A DNA stretch of 64,000 nucleotides. Source: an uncultured bacterium (GTDB taxonomy: Bacteria > Acidobacteriota > Thermoanaerobaculia > Multivoradales > JAHZIX01). Below the pieces are notes generated by a model. That model made no database searches and was not told the origin of the DNA. It worked only from the letters and a program-made list of their open reading frames with translations. Shown piece after piece: positions 17,477 to 25,903 of this stretch (position 1 is the stretch's first letter; each line of letters opens with the position of its first letter). A program made the position numbers and the translations under genes. The stretch covers positions 16,790 through 80,789 of the forward strand of contig CBDUPA010000024.1 in the NCBI GenBank assembly GCA_965368975.1, read 5' to 3'.

Positions 17477-18592
17477 TCAGTTGGGTGGCTCTCGCCGGCA
17501 GCCTTGGAGTAGCCGTCCGAGAGTGGCGTAGAGCTCCGCCAGCCGGTCGCGGGGGATGTCGAGCAATTCCGACACCTTGCGCCGCGACGGGAAGTCGTCG
17601 AGATCTTCCAGGCTGGCGGTGCGGCCATTCGGCAGTCTCAGCTCTCCGGCGGTACTCTCGGCACTGAACACACACAGGAAGCGCCAAAGGCGGTGTAGGT
17701 AGTCCAGGGTGCGGTGGCGAGCAGGCAGGTTGTCGATGGCGTCCTCGACGCAGCGTACCAGGGCGCGGAAGACGTTGTGGGCTTCGAAGTCGCAGGCCTC
17801 TGGCTGGACTTGGCGCAGGATCTGACCCAGGTCACTGTCCGCGTGCTCCTGGGGGACCACTTCACCGGCTTCGTAGAGCAGGGTGCTCCAGTGCGAGCGC
17901 ACGTAGCGCTTGATGACGTCGAGCAGCTGCTTGACGGTGAAGCCGTGGATGCCTTCCGAGCGCAGTTGGGGCAGTTGGGAACGCAGCCTCTCGGCGACTT
18001 GCCGTCGCCGCTTGCCACGCGCGGTGATCAGGTCGGGCAGCAGGTCCTGAGCCCACACGGGCACGACCCGGTCGAGGCTCTGTTCGATGTCGGGCTCGAT
18101 GACGCCGCTGTCCGTGAAGCTGAGCCGCGTGTCGTTGCGCAGCACGCTGGTGCCGCCCAGGACGCGCAGCTGGCCGGCGTCGACAGCGCCCTTGAGCGCG
18201 GAGTGTGCCACCTCGAAGACCCGGTAGCCCAGGGGGTCGTTGGTGCGTTGACGCTCGAAGACGAAGTGCTTGATGTTGAGCCGGACGAGGCCGTCGATGT
18301 CGTCTTTGACTTCGAGCTGGTGGAGTAGCGCGTTCAGCCGATCTAGAAAGATGTAGGTATACGCATCCGCCGTCAGCTCTTCCAGCGCGTCGCCGCGCTC
18401 GCTGTGTTCATACCAGTGGCCATAGCCATGTACGCCCAGGTAGCTGGGTGGGCTTTCCCACAGTCCACGGCGATTCAGTTCGCGCTTCAGCCAGGCACGT
18501 AGGGCCTGCCAGACGAGGCGAAAAGTTTCGTTGTCGGGTGGCTCGCCCTGTGGGTCGAGCTGCCGCACGTAATCGGTAAATAGACCGTCCAA
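17477..18592 (-). CDS. Atypically long ECF-like sigma factor (371 aa) with a roughly 150-aa insertion between sigma2 and sigma4
   Basis: N-terminal region resembles ECF sigma2 (FRLVWQALRAWLKRELNRRG; DALEELTADAYTYIFLDRLNAL; LVRLNIKHFVFERQR). The C-terminus resembles sigma4 (LPARHRTLDYLHRLWRF ... SRRKVSELLDIPRDRLAELYATLGRLL). Start codon is TTG. The assignment is by motif pattern only. Confidence 0.5.
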   Translation of the reverse strand: MDGLFTDYVRQLDPQGEPPDNETFRLVWQALRAWLKRELNRRGLWESPPSYLGVHGYGHWYEHSERGDALEELTADAYTYIFLDRLNALLHQLEVKDDIDGLVRLNIKHFVFERQRTNDPLGYRVFEVAHSALKGAVDAGQLRVLGGTSVLRNDTRLSFTDSGVIEPDIEQSLDRVVPVWAQDLLPDLITARGKRRRQVAERLRSQLPQLRSEGIHGFTVKQLLDVIKRYVRSHWSTLLYEAGEVVPQEHADSDLGQILRQVQPEACDFEAHNVFRALVRCVEDAIDNLPARHRTLDYLHRLWRFLCVFSAESTAGELRLPNGRTASLEDLDDFPSRRKVSELLDIPRDRLAELYATLGRLLQGCRREPPN

Positions 18593-18821
18593 ATGAACTC
18601 CCTCCGAACAAGGGCTCCCCGCAGGGATCCTACAGCATCCCGCGTCGACGAAATTCTTTTCCTCCGTTTCCGGCCAAAGTTGATTGTTAGTGCGTTAGGC
18701 AGGGGTGAGTCGAAAAAATAGATTGACTCGCGTTTCGAAGTTCAGAAGCAGTGCCTGAGGCCCGTGAATAAGGGGCTTTGGGGAAAATTACAGAGGTTCT
18801 CTGTTAACCGGAGGTTTGTCA

Positions 18822-19925
18822 ATGTTTGGAAGTAGTTCATTTGGTGTATTTGTTTCCGTGCGTGTTTTTCTAGTGTCTTGCGTGGTGGTTGTGGGGGTCG
18901 GGCTCTCGGGTGCTGAGCTGCTGGCTCAGAGCTCGGAGCCCGGCCCTGGTCTCAGCCGACACGCGCTAGGCACTTCCCCACTCGGCATCTCGGCCGACGG
19001 GCTGCGCACGGTACGTGGGGCTGAAGGCCCCGAGAGTGACTCGGGAGTTTGTGTTGCCACCGCGGCGGCGCAGCTGAACCGCATCCTGCCGCACTACGAG
19101 GGCATGATCCGGCGACCGGGTGACGCGTCGAGTCTCGACAAGTCGACCACGACCTACAGCGCGGACGTCATCACCTTCACCGCTTCGCCTACCGGCGGTT
19201 GCTCGGCGCATGTGGTGGAAGATGTCGACGAGTACGACGCTGACCTGGTGTCGATCTCCTTCAGCCCGCTGTGTGGTTCCAGCGTTACTCAGGAGACCGG
19301 TAGTGAAGACGACTACCTGACGCTCGATCCCACCGCCACCAGCGGCTGTACCGCGCACGTGGTGGAGGATGTCGACGAGTACGATGCTGACCTGGCGCAG
19401 GTCACCTTCGATGGCGGTGGCTGTGACGGCACGCTGACGGAGAGCTCGTCGAGCATCTACGTGCTGGACGGCACGGCCGGTTTCGACGCCGAGGTGCTGG
19501 CCATCCGCTTCGCCCGGACCTGCAGCGCCACCATGGCGCCGATCGCCGGCTTCGGCCCGCGCCTGGCGCTCACCTTCGATGGCGGCTGCAGTGCCAGCCT
19601 GGCAGACGACATCGATGCGGCACAGGTCGACGTCGTCACCCTGACCGTGCTCAGCGCCGGCTTCCTGCGCCTGCAGGCCGACGGTGCCGAGCTCGACGCG
19701 GTGCTCTTCGACGCCGGCGATTGGCTGGACGGCGCGCCGTTCTCCGAGGATGCGGCGGTGAGTGCGGGACGTCTGAGCCGCGACGGCAGCCTCTTCCTGC
19801 CGGTGGTGCCGGGCGCCTACACGCTGCACCTGCGCGGGGCGGCCGGCTTCGCTGGCGCCTACGAACTGCAGGCTGATTTGTTCGACGCTCCGGCGCCGGA
19901 CGGTGGTCTCTGCGGCGACCGCTGA
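18822..19925 (+). CDS. Secreted hypothetical protein with internal about 48-aa tandem repeats
   Basis: ATG at 18822 with RBS GGAGG 7 nt upstream. Signal peptide MFGSSSFGVFVSVRVFLVSCVVVVGVGLSGAELLAQ. Two near-identical segments (GGCSAHVVEDVDEYDADLVSISF / SGCTAHVVEDVDEYDADLAQVTF) with several conserved Cys. Transcribed divergently from the sigma/CHAT operon. Confidence 0.55.
   Translation: MFGSSSFGVFVSVRVFLVSCVVVVGVGLSGAELLAQSSEPGPGLSRHALGTSPLGISADGLRTVRGAEGPESDSGVCVATAAAQLNRILPHYEGMIRRPGDASSLDKSTTTYSADVITFTASPTGGCSAHVVEDVDEYDADLVSISFSPLCGSSVTQETGSEDDYLTLDPTATSGCTAHVVEDVDEYDADLAQVTFDGGGCDGTLTESSSSIYVLDGTAGFDAEVLAIRFARTCSATMAPIAGFGPRLALTFDGGCSASLADDIDAAQVDVVTLTVLSAGFLRLQADGAELDAVLFDAGDWLDGAPFSEDAAVSAGRLSRDGSLFLPVVPGAYTLHLRGAAGFAGAYELQADLFDAPAPDGGLCGDR
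19186..19440 (+). repeat. Intragenic direct repeat (two copies about 144 bp apart) in the secreted protein gene
   Basis: 19196-19253 and 19340-19398 are about 85% identical at the DNA level and encode ...AHVVEDVDEYDADL... twice. Confidence 0.55.
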
Positions 19926-19971
19926 CGCTATCGACGTGCACCGGTGTGCGCGCCGGTCGTGTGCAACTCGA

Positions 19972-20006
19972 TCCCCCCTCGGCCTCAGGTCGAGGGGGAG
20001 TTTCTG
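19972..20006 (+). terminator. Putative rho-independent terminator downstream of the secreted protein gene
   Basis: GC stem cccccctcg / cgaggggg(ag) separated by a 9-nt loop, followed by tttctg. Located 47 nt after the stop at 19925. Confidence 0.4.
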
Positions 20007-20033
20007 CGTAGGCTCTATGACAGACTGAGGGCC

Positions 20034-20249
20034 ATGGAGAAGACGCAGCCTTCGCCGCCATGGAACCCAGTGGTACCGAACGCGCCGCCATCGAAGTCAG
20101 CAGCGGAGCAGCAACGTATCGAGCGCGTCGCCCGCTCGGCGGTCGAGCTGCACCCGTGCGTGTGGGCGGAGTTTATCGAGCACGCTTGCGGTGACGACCG
20201 ACTGCTGGAGCGCGATGTCGTGCGCCGTCTCGAGCTGCGCTTGAAGTAG
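20034..20249 (+). CDS. Possible small protein (71 aa) resembling the helical N-terminal module found in front of many bacterial Ser/Thr kinases and ECF sigma-associated proteins
   Basis: RIERVARSAVELHPCVWAEFIEHACGDDRLLERDVVRRLE fits the pattern (ERV..LF..ALEL.P..RA.FL..ACAGD..LR.EVE.LL) I recognise from kinase N-termini. ATG at 20034 lies just after the terminator with GAGGG upstream. Could equally be a non-coding remnant. Confidence 0.25.
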   Translation: MEKTQPSPPWNPVVPNAPPSKSAAEQQRIERVARSAVELHPCVWAEFIEHACGDDRLLERDVVRRLELRLK

Positions 20250-20274
20250 AAGGTAGCGCCCGCGAGAGAAGGCC

Positions 20275-21252
20275 TTACCAGTTCAGCAAGCGGGCGAAGA
20301 TCAACGGTGCGACGATGGTGGCATCGGACTCGATGATGAACTTCGGCGTGTCCACCTCCAGCTTGCCCCAGGTGATTTTCTCGTTGGGCACGGCGCCGGA
20401 GTAGGAGCCGTAGCTGGTCGTCGAGTCGCTGATCTGGCAGAAGTAGCCCCACATCGGGATGTCTTCCAGGTCCAGATCCTGGTGCAACATCGGCACCACG
20501 CAGATCGGGAAGTCACCGGCGATGCCGCCGCCGATCTGGAAGAAGCCGATCGAACCTTGTTCGCTGGTCGCCTGGTACCAGCGTGCCAATTGCATCATGT
20601 ACTCGATGCCGCTGCGCACGGTGCGCGGGTCTTTCAGCTCGCCGGCCAGGCAGGCGGCTGCGAAGAAGTTGCCGAGCGTCGAGTCTTCCCAACCAGGGAC
20701 GAAGATCGGCAAGTCCTTCTCCGCGGCGGCGACCATCCAGCTGTTCCTCGGGTCGATCTGGTAGTGCTCTTCGAGACTGCCCGAGCGCAGAACCCGGTAC
20801 AGGAACTCATGCGGGAAGTGGCGCCGCCCTTCTTGGTCCGCGGCGCACCACTCGCGCTTGACGTGCACCTCCAGCCGCCGCATCGCTTCTTCCTCGGGGA
20901 TGCAAGTATCGGTGACCCGGTTGAGGTGACGGTCGAGGAGCTCCTGCTCCTGCTGTGGCGTCAGATCCCGGTAGTGGGGCACGCGCACGTAGTGGTCGTG
21001 GGCCACCAGGTTGAACAGATCTTCCTCCAGGTTGGCACCGGTGCAGCTGATGGCGTGGACCTTGTCTTGGCGGATCAGCTCGGCCAAGGACAGCCCGAGC
21101 TCAGCGGTACTCATCGCACCGGCCAGGCACACCAGCATCTTGCCGCCATCCTCGAGGTGTGCGGCGTAGGCGTCAGCGGCGTCGACCAGGGCAGCGGCGT
21201 TGAAGTGGCGGTAATGGTGGTGGATGAACTGGGTAACGGGACCTTGGCTCAT
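20275..21252 (-). CDS. Deoxyhypusine synthase-like (DHS / homospermidine synthase family) protein
   Basis: DHS-family motifs MLVCLAGAMSTAELG, ISCTGANLEEDLF, GGGIAGDFP, and the conserved catalytic-lysine context EKITWGKL (WGK). ATG at 21252 with RBS GAGGAGA 5 nt upstream; the ORF start at 21303 is an over-extension. Same strand as, and directly downstream of, epmB. Confidence 0.75.
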   Translation of the reverse strand: MSQGPVTQFIHHHYRHFNAAALVDAADAYAAHLEDGGKMLVCLAGAMSTAELGLSLAELIRQDKVHAISCTGANLEEDLFNLVAHDHYVRVPHYRDLTPQQEQELLDRHLNRVTDTCIPEEEAMRRLEVHVKREWCAADQEGRRHFPHEFLYRVLRSGSLEEHYQIDPRNSWMVAAAEKDLPIFVPGWEDSTLGNFFAAACLAGELKDPRTVRSGIEYMMQLARWYQATSEQGSIGFFQIGGGIAGDFPICVVPMLHQDLDLEDIPMWGYFCQISDSTTSYGSYSGAVPNEKITWGKLEVDTPKFIIESDATIVAPLIFARLLNW

Positions 21253-21347
21253 GATCTGTCTCCTCGGCGGATCGTCGGACCGGCTGGGCGCTAGCTTCCG
21301 CACTGGGGCCAGCGAGCTCTGAAGAAGGAAACCCTATCAAGAATTTT

Positions 21348-22424
21348 TCAGGGTTGGTGTTCGGCCTGCTGGCGGTTCTGCTGCATCTGTAGCGGTACCT
21401 TCGATGCGGCACCAGGGATCTCGCGCACCAGCTTGGGGACCAGGTAGCCCGGTAAGCGGGCCAGTAAGCCGCCGTAGAGACCCAGGGCCTCGAGCTCGGG
21501 AACATCGAAGTGGTGTGCGCCCTGCACTGGGTCGAGCAGGTTGAGGTAGTAGGGCAGCGCGCCGCATTCGAAGAGGCGTTCACTCAGCCGGGCCAGGGTC
21601 TCGACGTTGTCGTTGACGCCGCGCAGCAGTACTGCCTGATTTAGCACCGTGACGCCGGAAGCGCGCAGGCGACCGATGGCGGCGGCGACCTCGGCATCCA
21701 GCTCTCGAGCATGGTTGGCATGGAGCACCAGCACCGGCGTCAAGCGTCCGCCGGTCAGCCAGGCGAGCAGCGCATCGTCGACGCGCGCGGGCAGCACCAC
21801 GGGCTGGCGGCTGTGTACGCGCAAGCGCCGCAGGTGCGGGATGGCGGCCAGTTCGCCAGCCAGCCGCGCCAGGGTGTCGTCGTGCAGCGACAGTGGATCG
21901 CCGCCGCTGAGCAGAACTTCCGTGATCGACGGGTCGGCCGCCAGGTAGTCGAGGGCTGCTTGGTGCTGCGAGCGGTGGACGGCCTGGTCAGCGTAAGGAA
22001 AGTGGCGGCGGAAGCAGTAGCGGCAGTGGATGGCGCAGGCACCGGTGAGCACCAGCAGGGCACGCCCACGGTACTTGTGGAGCAGGCCGGGGACGCCGGG
22101 GCTCGCCTCGGTCTCGGCCTTCGAGGTTCCGACCTCGGCCAAGGGGTCGCGAGAAAAACCCGCCACGGCCTCCTGCTCGACGTCTCGCGGCAATACCTGC
22201 AGCAGCAGCGGATCGCGTGCATCACCCCGCCGCATGCGAGCGACGAAGCCACGCGGCACGCGCAACGGGAATTGCTGCTGCGCACCACGGGTGGCCAGCA
22301 CGGAAGGCACGTCGACATCTTGGCGGTCGAGGTCGAGCAGGCTCAGTAGCTCGTCGAGGTCGGTGACGGCGTCCGCCAGCTGGCGCTGCCAGAGTGGTAC
22401 ATCCCGGTGTGCACGCGATATCAT
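21348..22424 (-). CDS. epmB: EF-P beta-lysylation protein EpmB (lysine 2,3-aminomutase-like radical SAM enzyme, YjeK)
   Basis: [32 protein letters not shown] at the N-terminus, radical-SAM CxxxCxxC ([13 protein letters not shown]), and the KAM-family C-terminal region. Start chosen at the ATG at 22424 by N-terminal conservation with YjeK. Confidence 0.8.
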   Translation of the reverse strand: MISRAHRDVPLWQRQLADAVTDLDELLSLLDLDRQDVDVPSVLATRGAQQQFPLRVPRGFVARMRRGDARDPLLLQVLPRDVEQEAVAGFSRDPLAEVGTSKAETEASPGVPGLLHKYRGRALLVLTGACAIHCRYCFRRHFPYADQAVHRSQHQAALDYLAADPSITEVLLSGGDPLSLHDDTLARLAGELAAIPHLRRLRVHSRQPVVLPARVDDALLAWLTGGRLTPVLVLHANHARELDAEVAAAIGRLRASGVTVLNQAVLLRGVNDNVETLARLSERLFECGALPYYLNLLDPVQGAHHFDVPELEALGLYGGLLARLPGYLVPKLVREIPGAASKVPLQMQQNRQQAEHQP

Positions 22425-22569
22425 GAGCGGCCGTCCCGTGGACGCAAGAGATCTTCGACTTCCCGGACGCTCACGGTACGGTCCAGCCCCCATCGAGACA
22501 GCGGTCGAAGAGCATCCCGTTCAAGAAACACCATCGCGGTGCAAGCATAGCGGCAACGCAGGAGGAATG

Positions 22570-23133
22570 ATGGCCACCTACAACACCAATCAGCTACGCA
22601 ACGGCCTCAAGCTGTTGATCGACGGCGAACCGTGCAACATCGTCGACATCGATTTCGTCAAGCCGGGCAAGGGCCAGGCGTTCGCGCGTGTCAAGATTCG
22701 CAACCTGCTCAACGGCCGTGTGCTGGAGAAGACGTTCAAGTCGAGCGAGTCGCAGGAAGGCGCCGACGTCATGGAAACCAACATGCAGTACCTGTACAAC
22801 GACGGCGAGTACTGGCACTTCATGGATCCCAACAGCTACGAGCAATACCAGGCCGACGAGACCGCCTGCGCCGACGCCAAGCAGTGGATCTTGCCTGAGG
22901 ACGTGTGCACCGTCACGCTGTGGAACAGCTCGCCGATCTCCGTGGCGGCGCCCAATCACGTCGAGCTGACCATCACGCAGAGTGACCCGGGCGTCAAGGG
23001 CGATACGTCTTCGGGTGGCACCAAACCGGCGACCCTGGAGACTGGCGCGGTGGTCAAGGTGCCGCTGTTCGTGCAGGAAGGCGAGAAGATCAAGGTCGAT
23101 ACCCGCACTGGTGAGTACCTCTCGCGAGCCTGA
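22570..23133 (+). CDS. efp: Elongation factor P
   Basis: [47 protein letters not shown]... is near-identical in pattern to enterobacterial EF-P, including the modified-Lys loop KPGKGQA. RBS GGAGG 4 nt upstream. The ORF from 22030 is a 5' over-extension. Confidence 0.9.
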   Translation: MATYNTNQLRNGLKLLIDGEPCNIVDIDFVKPGKGQAFARVKIRNLLNGRVLEKTFKSSESQEGADVMETNMQYLYNDGEYWHFMDPNSYEQYQADETACADAKQWILPEDVCTVTLWNSSPISVAAPNHVELTITQSDPGVKGDTSSGGTKPATLETGAVVKVPLFVQEGEKIKVDTRTGEYLSRA

Positions 23134-24193
23134 CGCCTCCTCGGGCGCGTGCCGCGCACCGAGGTGGCGCCCGACGGCGACGCTCGAGACGCTGCGCCAG
23201 CGTGGCGCCATCTTGGCCGAGCTGCGAGCCTTCTTTGCCGAGCGTGGTGTGCTCGAGGTCGAGACGCCGCTGCTCGGCCGCGCCAGCGTGACGGCCGTGC
23301 ACTTGCACAGCTTTTCCTGCACCTATCAGCCGCCCTTCGGCCAGGATCTCCCGGGCGAGCGGCTCCCTCCTGACGAGTCGCGCCTCTACCTGCAGACTTC
23401 CCCCGAGTACGCGCTCAAACGCCTGCTGGCCGCCGGCGCGGGGGCCATCTACCAGCTCGGCAAGGTGTTTCGCGACGGTGAGGCCGGCAGCCGTCACAAC
23501 CCCGAGTTCACCATGTTGGAGTGGTACCGCCCGGGCTGGGACTACCACCGCTTGATGGATGAGGTCGACGAGCTGCTACAGCGTATCCTGGGCACGCGCC
23601 CGGCCGAGCGTGCCAGCTACCGCGACGTCTTCCGGCGCCATCTTGGCCTCGATCCACACCAAGCAACGGGGGCTGAGCTGCGCGCCGTGGCGGCGCGCGC
23701 CGGCCTCGACGTCGAGGCGCTAGGACTCGAGGCGGACGACCGGGACGGTTGGCTCGATGCCCTGATGAGCTTGGTCGTCGAGCCGCGCTTGGGGCTCGAC
23801 GTGTCCGGGGGCAGGCAGCCTCTCCTGCTGCACGGCTACCCGGCGTCGCAGGCCGCGCTGGCGCGCCTCGGCCGCGACGAGGAGGGAACGCTGGTGGCCG
23901 AGCGCTTCGAAGCGTATGTCGACGGTGTCGAACTGGCCAACGGCTACCAGGAGTTGACCGACGCCGCTGAGCTGCGCCGCCGCTTCGAGGACGACCTCGA
24001 ACAGCGACGCCTCCGGGGCCTGCCCGCGGTGCCGCTCGACGAGCGGTTGCTGGCGGCCCAGGAGGCGGGCTTTCTGGAGGTCGGTCTGTCGGCGTGTGCC
24101 GGTGTGTCGGTCGGCGTCGATCGTCTGGTGATGCTGGCTGTCGGTGCCCGTCGCATCGAGGACGTGCTCACCTTTCCGATCGACCGCGCCTAG
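23110..24193 (+). CDS. epmA: EF-P--(R)-beta-lysine ligase EpmA (PoxA/GenX, truncated class II LysRS paralogue)
   Basis: [37 protein letters not shown], class II aaRS motifs ([20 protein letters not shown]; motif 3 [15 protein letters not shown]). The start is uncertain. The first in-frame candidate is GTG at about 23110, inside the efp 3' end. Confidence 0.75.
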
Positions 24194-24205
24194 CTGCCAA
24201 TGGTT

Positions 24206-25522
24206 TCAGTTGTTGCGCTGGCGCGCCGTGTCCGAGTGCTGCGGCATGATCTTGTCCTTGCGGCTGAGGGTCGTCGCCTGCGCCGCGGCCAGTGCAGCCG
24301 GGTTCAGCATTGCCGCCTGCACGCCGGAGCCAAACTCGAACTCGCTGCCGCGCTCGGTGTCCTGCACGTGCTGGCGCCGGAAGGCCGGCGGCTCGCCATC
24401 GAGGCGGCCAGCCAGCAGCAACACGCGGGCGTTGCTGTCGTCGATGCGTCGAGCGCGGCGCAGCATCTTCTTGGCCAGTCGTTCGTCGCCTGCCTGTGCC
24501 GCCCACCAGCCGAGTGCGGCGTGGGTTTCCGCCAAGTCATCGTCCAGACGCAGCGCCTTGCGGTAGAAGTCCTCCGCCGTTTCTAGGTCGCCCATCTGCA
24601 TGCTGATGTCGCCCAACTCCATGTAGGTGAAGGGGTTGCGGTTGTCACGCTGGTTGGCCAGCAAGAGGACGTCGGTGGCGATCTCCTGGCGGCCGTGCTG
24701 CTGGTAGAGCGCGGCCAGATTCTGGTACGCCGTCGACGCTGACGGGTCCACCGCCAGTGCCTGCCGGTAGGAGCGCTCGGCGCCCGCGATGTCGCCTTGA
24801 CGGCGCTTGATCACACCCAGGTTGATCCAGCCATCGACCATCTGCGGGTCCAGCTGCACCGAAATGTCGGCCAGTTCGCGGGCTCCGTCCAGATCGCCAG
24901 CGCGGAGCAGCTCTGTGCCGCGATTCGAGTAGTAAAGGGCCAGCGCGGTGATGTCGTCGAGGCGCTGCATGTAGCGATAGTCGATGCCTTCGATCTCGGT
25001 GAACTCCAGGATGATGCGGTTCTGCTCCGGCCCGGTGCCGGCCGTCACGTGCCCGGAGTTGATTACCAGGTCGCCTTCCTGGCGGAAGCTCTGCAGGTCG
25101 CGCACCTGCAGGAAGTAGACGTCGAGGTCCATCTCGCGCGCCAGCGCCACGAACAGCTGCGTGAAGCCCAGGCAGTTGGCCTTGCGGGTACGGAAGACTT
25201 CCTCGGCGGTACCGGTGACGTCGTTCTGGTATTCCAGTGCCAGCCCGTCCTCGCCCAGGATCGCCTGCAACAGACCCTTGAGCTTCTTCTGCGTCATGCC
25301 CCGCTGCGGCACGTTCTCTTCCAGCCAGGCACGCATCTCGTCGGTCACGTGCAGCGGATGAGAAACCTCTCGTGGATCGAAGCCGCGTTCGCGGATCTGC
25401 TGATCCAGTTCGCGCTCGGACACAGCGCCGACGGGCGCGGCGAGTGTCAAGCCGAGGCTGATCAGAGCCAGGGCGGTCAGGATAGTGCGGGGTGCGGCGG
25501 GGAATCGGCTGGTTCGAGTCAT
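24206..25522 (-). CDS. Secreted transglutaminase-like cysteine peptidase domain + TPR repeat protein
   Basis: Signal peptide (RTILTALALISLGLTLAAPVGA), transglutaminase-like core (KANCLGFTQLFVALAREMDLDVYF...SGHV), then four to five TPR units. RBS GGAGGA 6 nt upstream of the ATG. Confidence 0.65.
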   Translation of the reverse strand: MTRTSRFPAAPRTILTALALISLGLTLAAPVGAVSERELDQQIRERGFDPREVSHPLHVTDEMRAWLEENVPQRGMTQKKLKGLLQAILGEDGLALEYQNDVTGTAEEVFRTRKANCLGFTQLFVALAREMDLDVYFLQVRDLQSFRQEGDLVINSGHVTAGTGPEQNRIILEFTEIEGIDYRYMQRLDDITALALYYSNRGTELLRAGDLDGARELADISVQLDPQMVDGWINLGVIKRRQGDIAGAERSYRQALAVDPSASTAYQNLAALYQQHGRQEIATDVLLLANQRDNRNPFTYMELGDISMQMGDLETAEDFYRKALRLDDDLAETHAALGWWAAQAGDERLAKKMLRRARRIDDSNARVLLLAGRLDGEPPAFRRQHVQDTERGSEFEFGSGVQAAMLNPAALAAAQATTLSRKDKIMPQHSDTARQRNN

Positions 25523-25609
25523 AGCGGTCCTCCAGTGTGTCTCGCTATAGGTACGAACAGCGGCGCTGTCGGTTTTCTTCCGAGCTCACTTCCGAACTCA
25601 CTTCCGAGC

Positions 25610-25903
25610 TCACTGTCCCCGCGTCGCTTTCCACCTCGCCCGCAGCTCGGCGTGCAGCCGGCTCTGGAACTCGATGGGGATCTCGTAGACCTCGTTCTCT
25701 TTGTACAGGCGGATCGTCTTGCGGATGTTGTCCACCACCACCTGGCACGGGTTGCAGCCTTCCAAATGCGCTTCCAGGTCGTCGCAGACAGCGGGATCGA
25801 TGTCGCCGTCGACATAGTCGTTGAGCGCGCGCAGTAGGTCGTCACACTTCATCGTTGTTCCCTGGATCTTGCAGGCCGGCCGATCGAGTTTGTTGATGCT
25901 CAT
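25610..25903 (-). CDS. Zinc-finger (ZAS-type, HxxxCxxC) anti-sigma factor
   Basis: MSINKLDRPACKIQGTTMKCDDLLRALNDYVDGDIDPAVCDDLEAHLEGCNPCQ has the ZAS H-x3-C-x2-C motif. ATG at 25903 with GGAG 9 nt upstream. Overlaps the 3' end of the ECF sigma gene. The ORF start at 26011 is an over-extension. Confidence 0.6.
   Translation of the reverse strand: MSINKLDRPACKIQGTTMKCDDLLRALNDYVDGDIDPAVCDDLEAHLEGCNPCQVVVDNIRKTIRLYKENEVYEIPIEFQSRLHAELRARWKATRGQ

Noticed and set aside
20482-22349. Plus-strand ORFs 20482..21294 and 21711..22349, and minus ORF 22594..23322
   Set aside because: These are antisense to the DHS-like gene, epmB and efp respectively. All three real genes carry strong family motifs.
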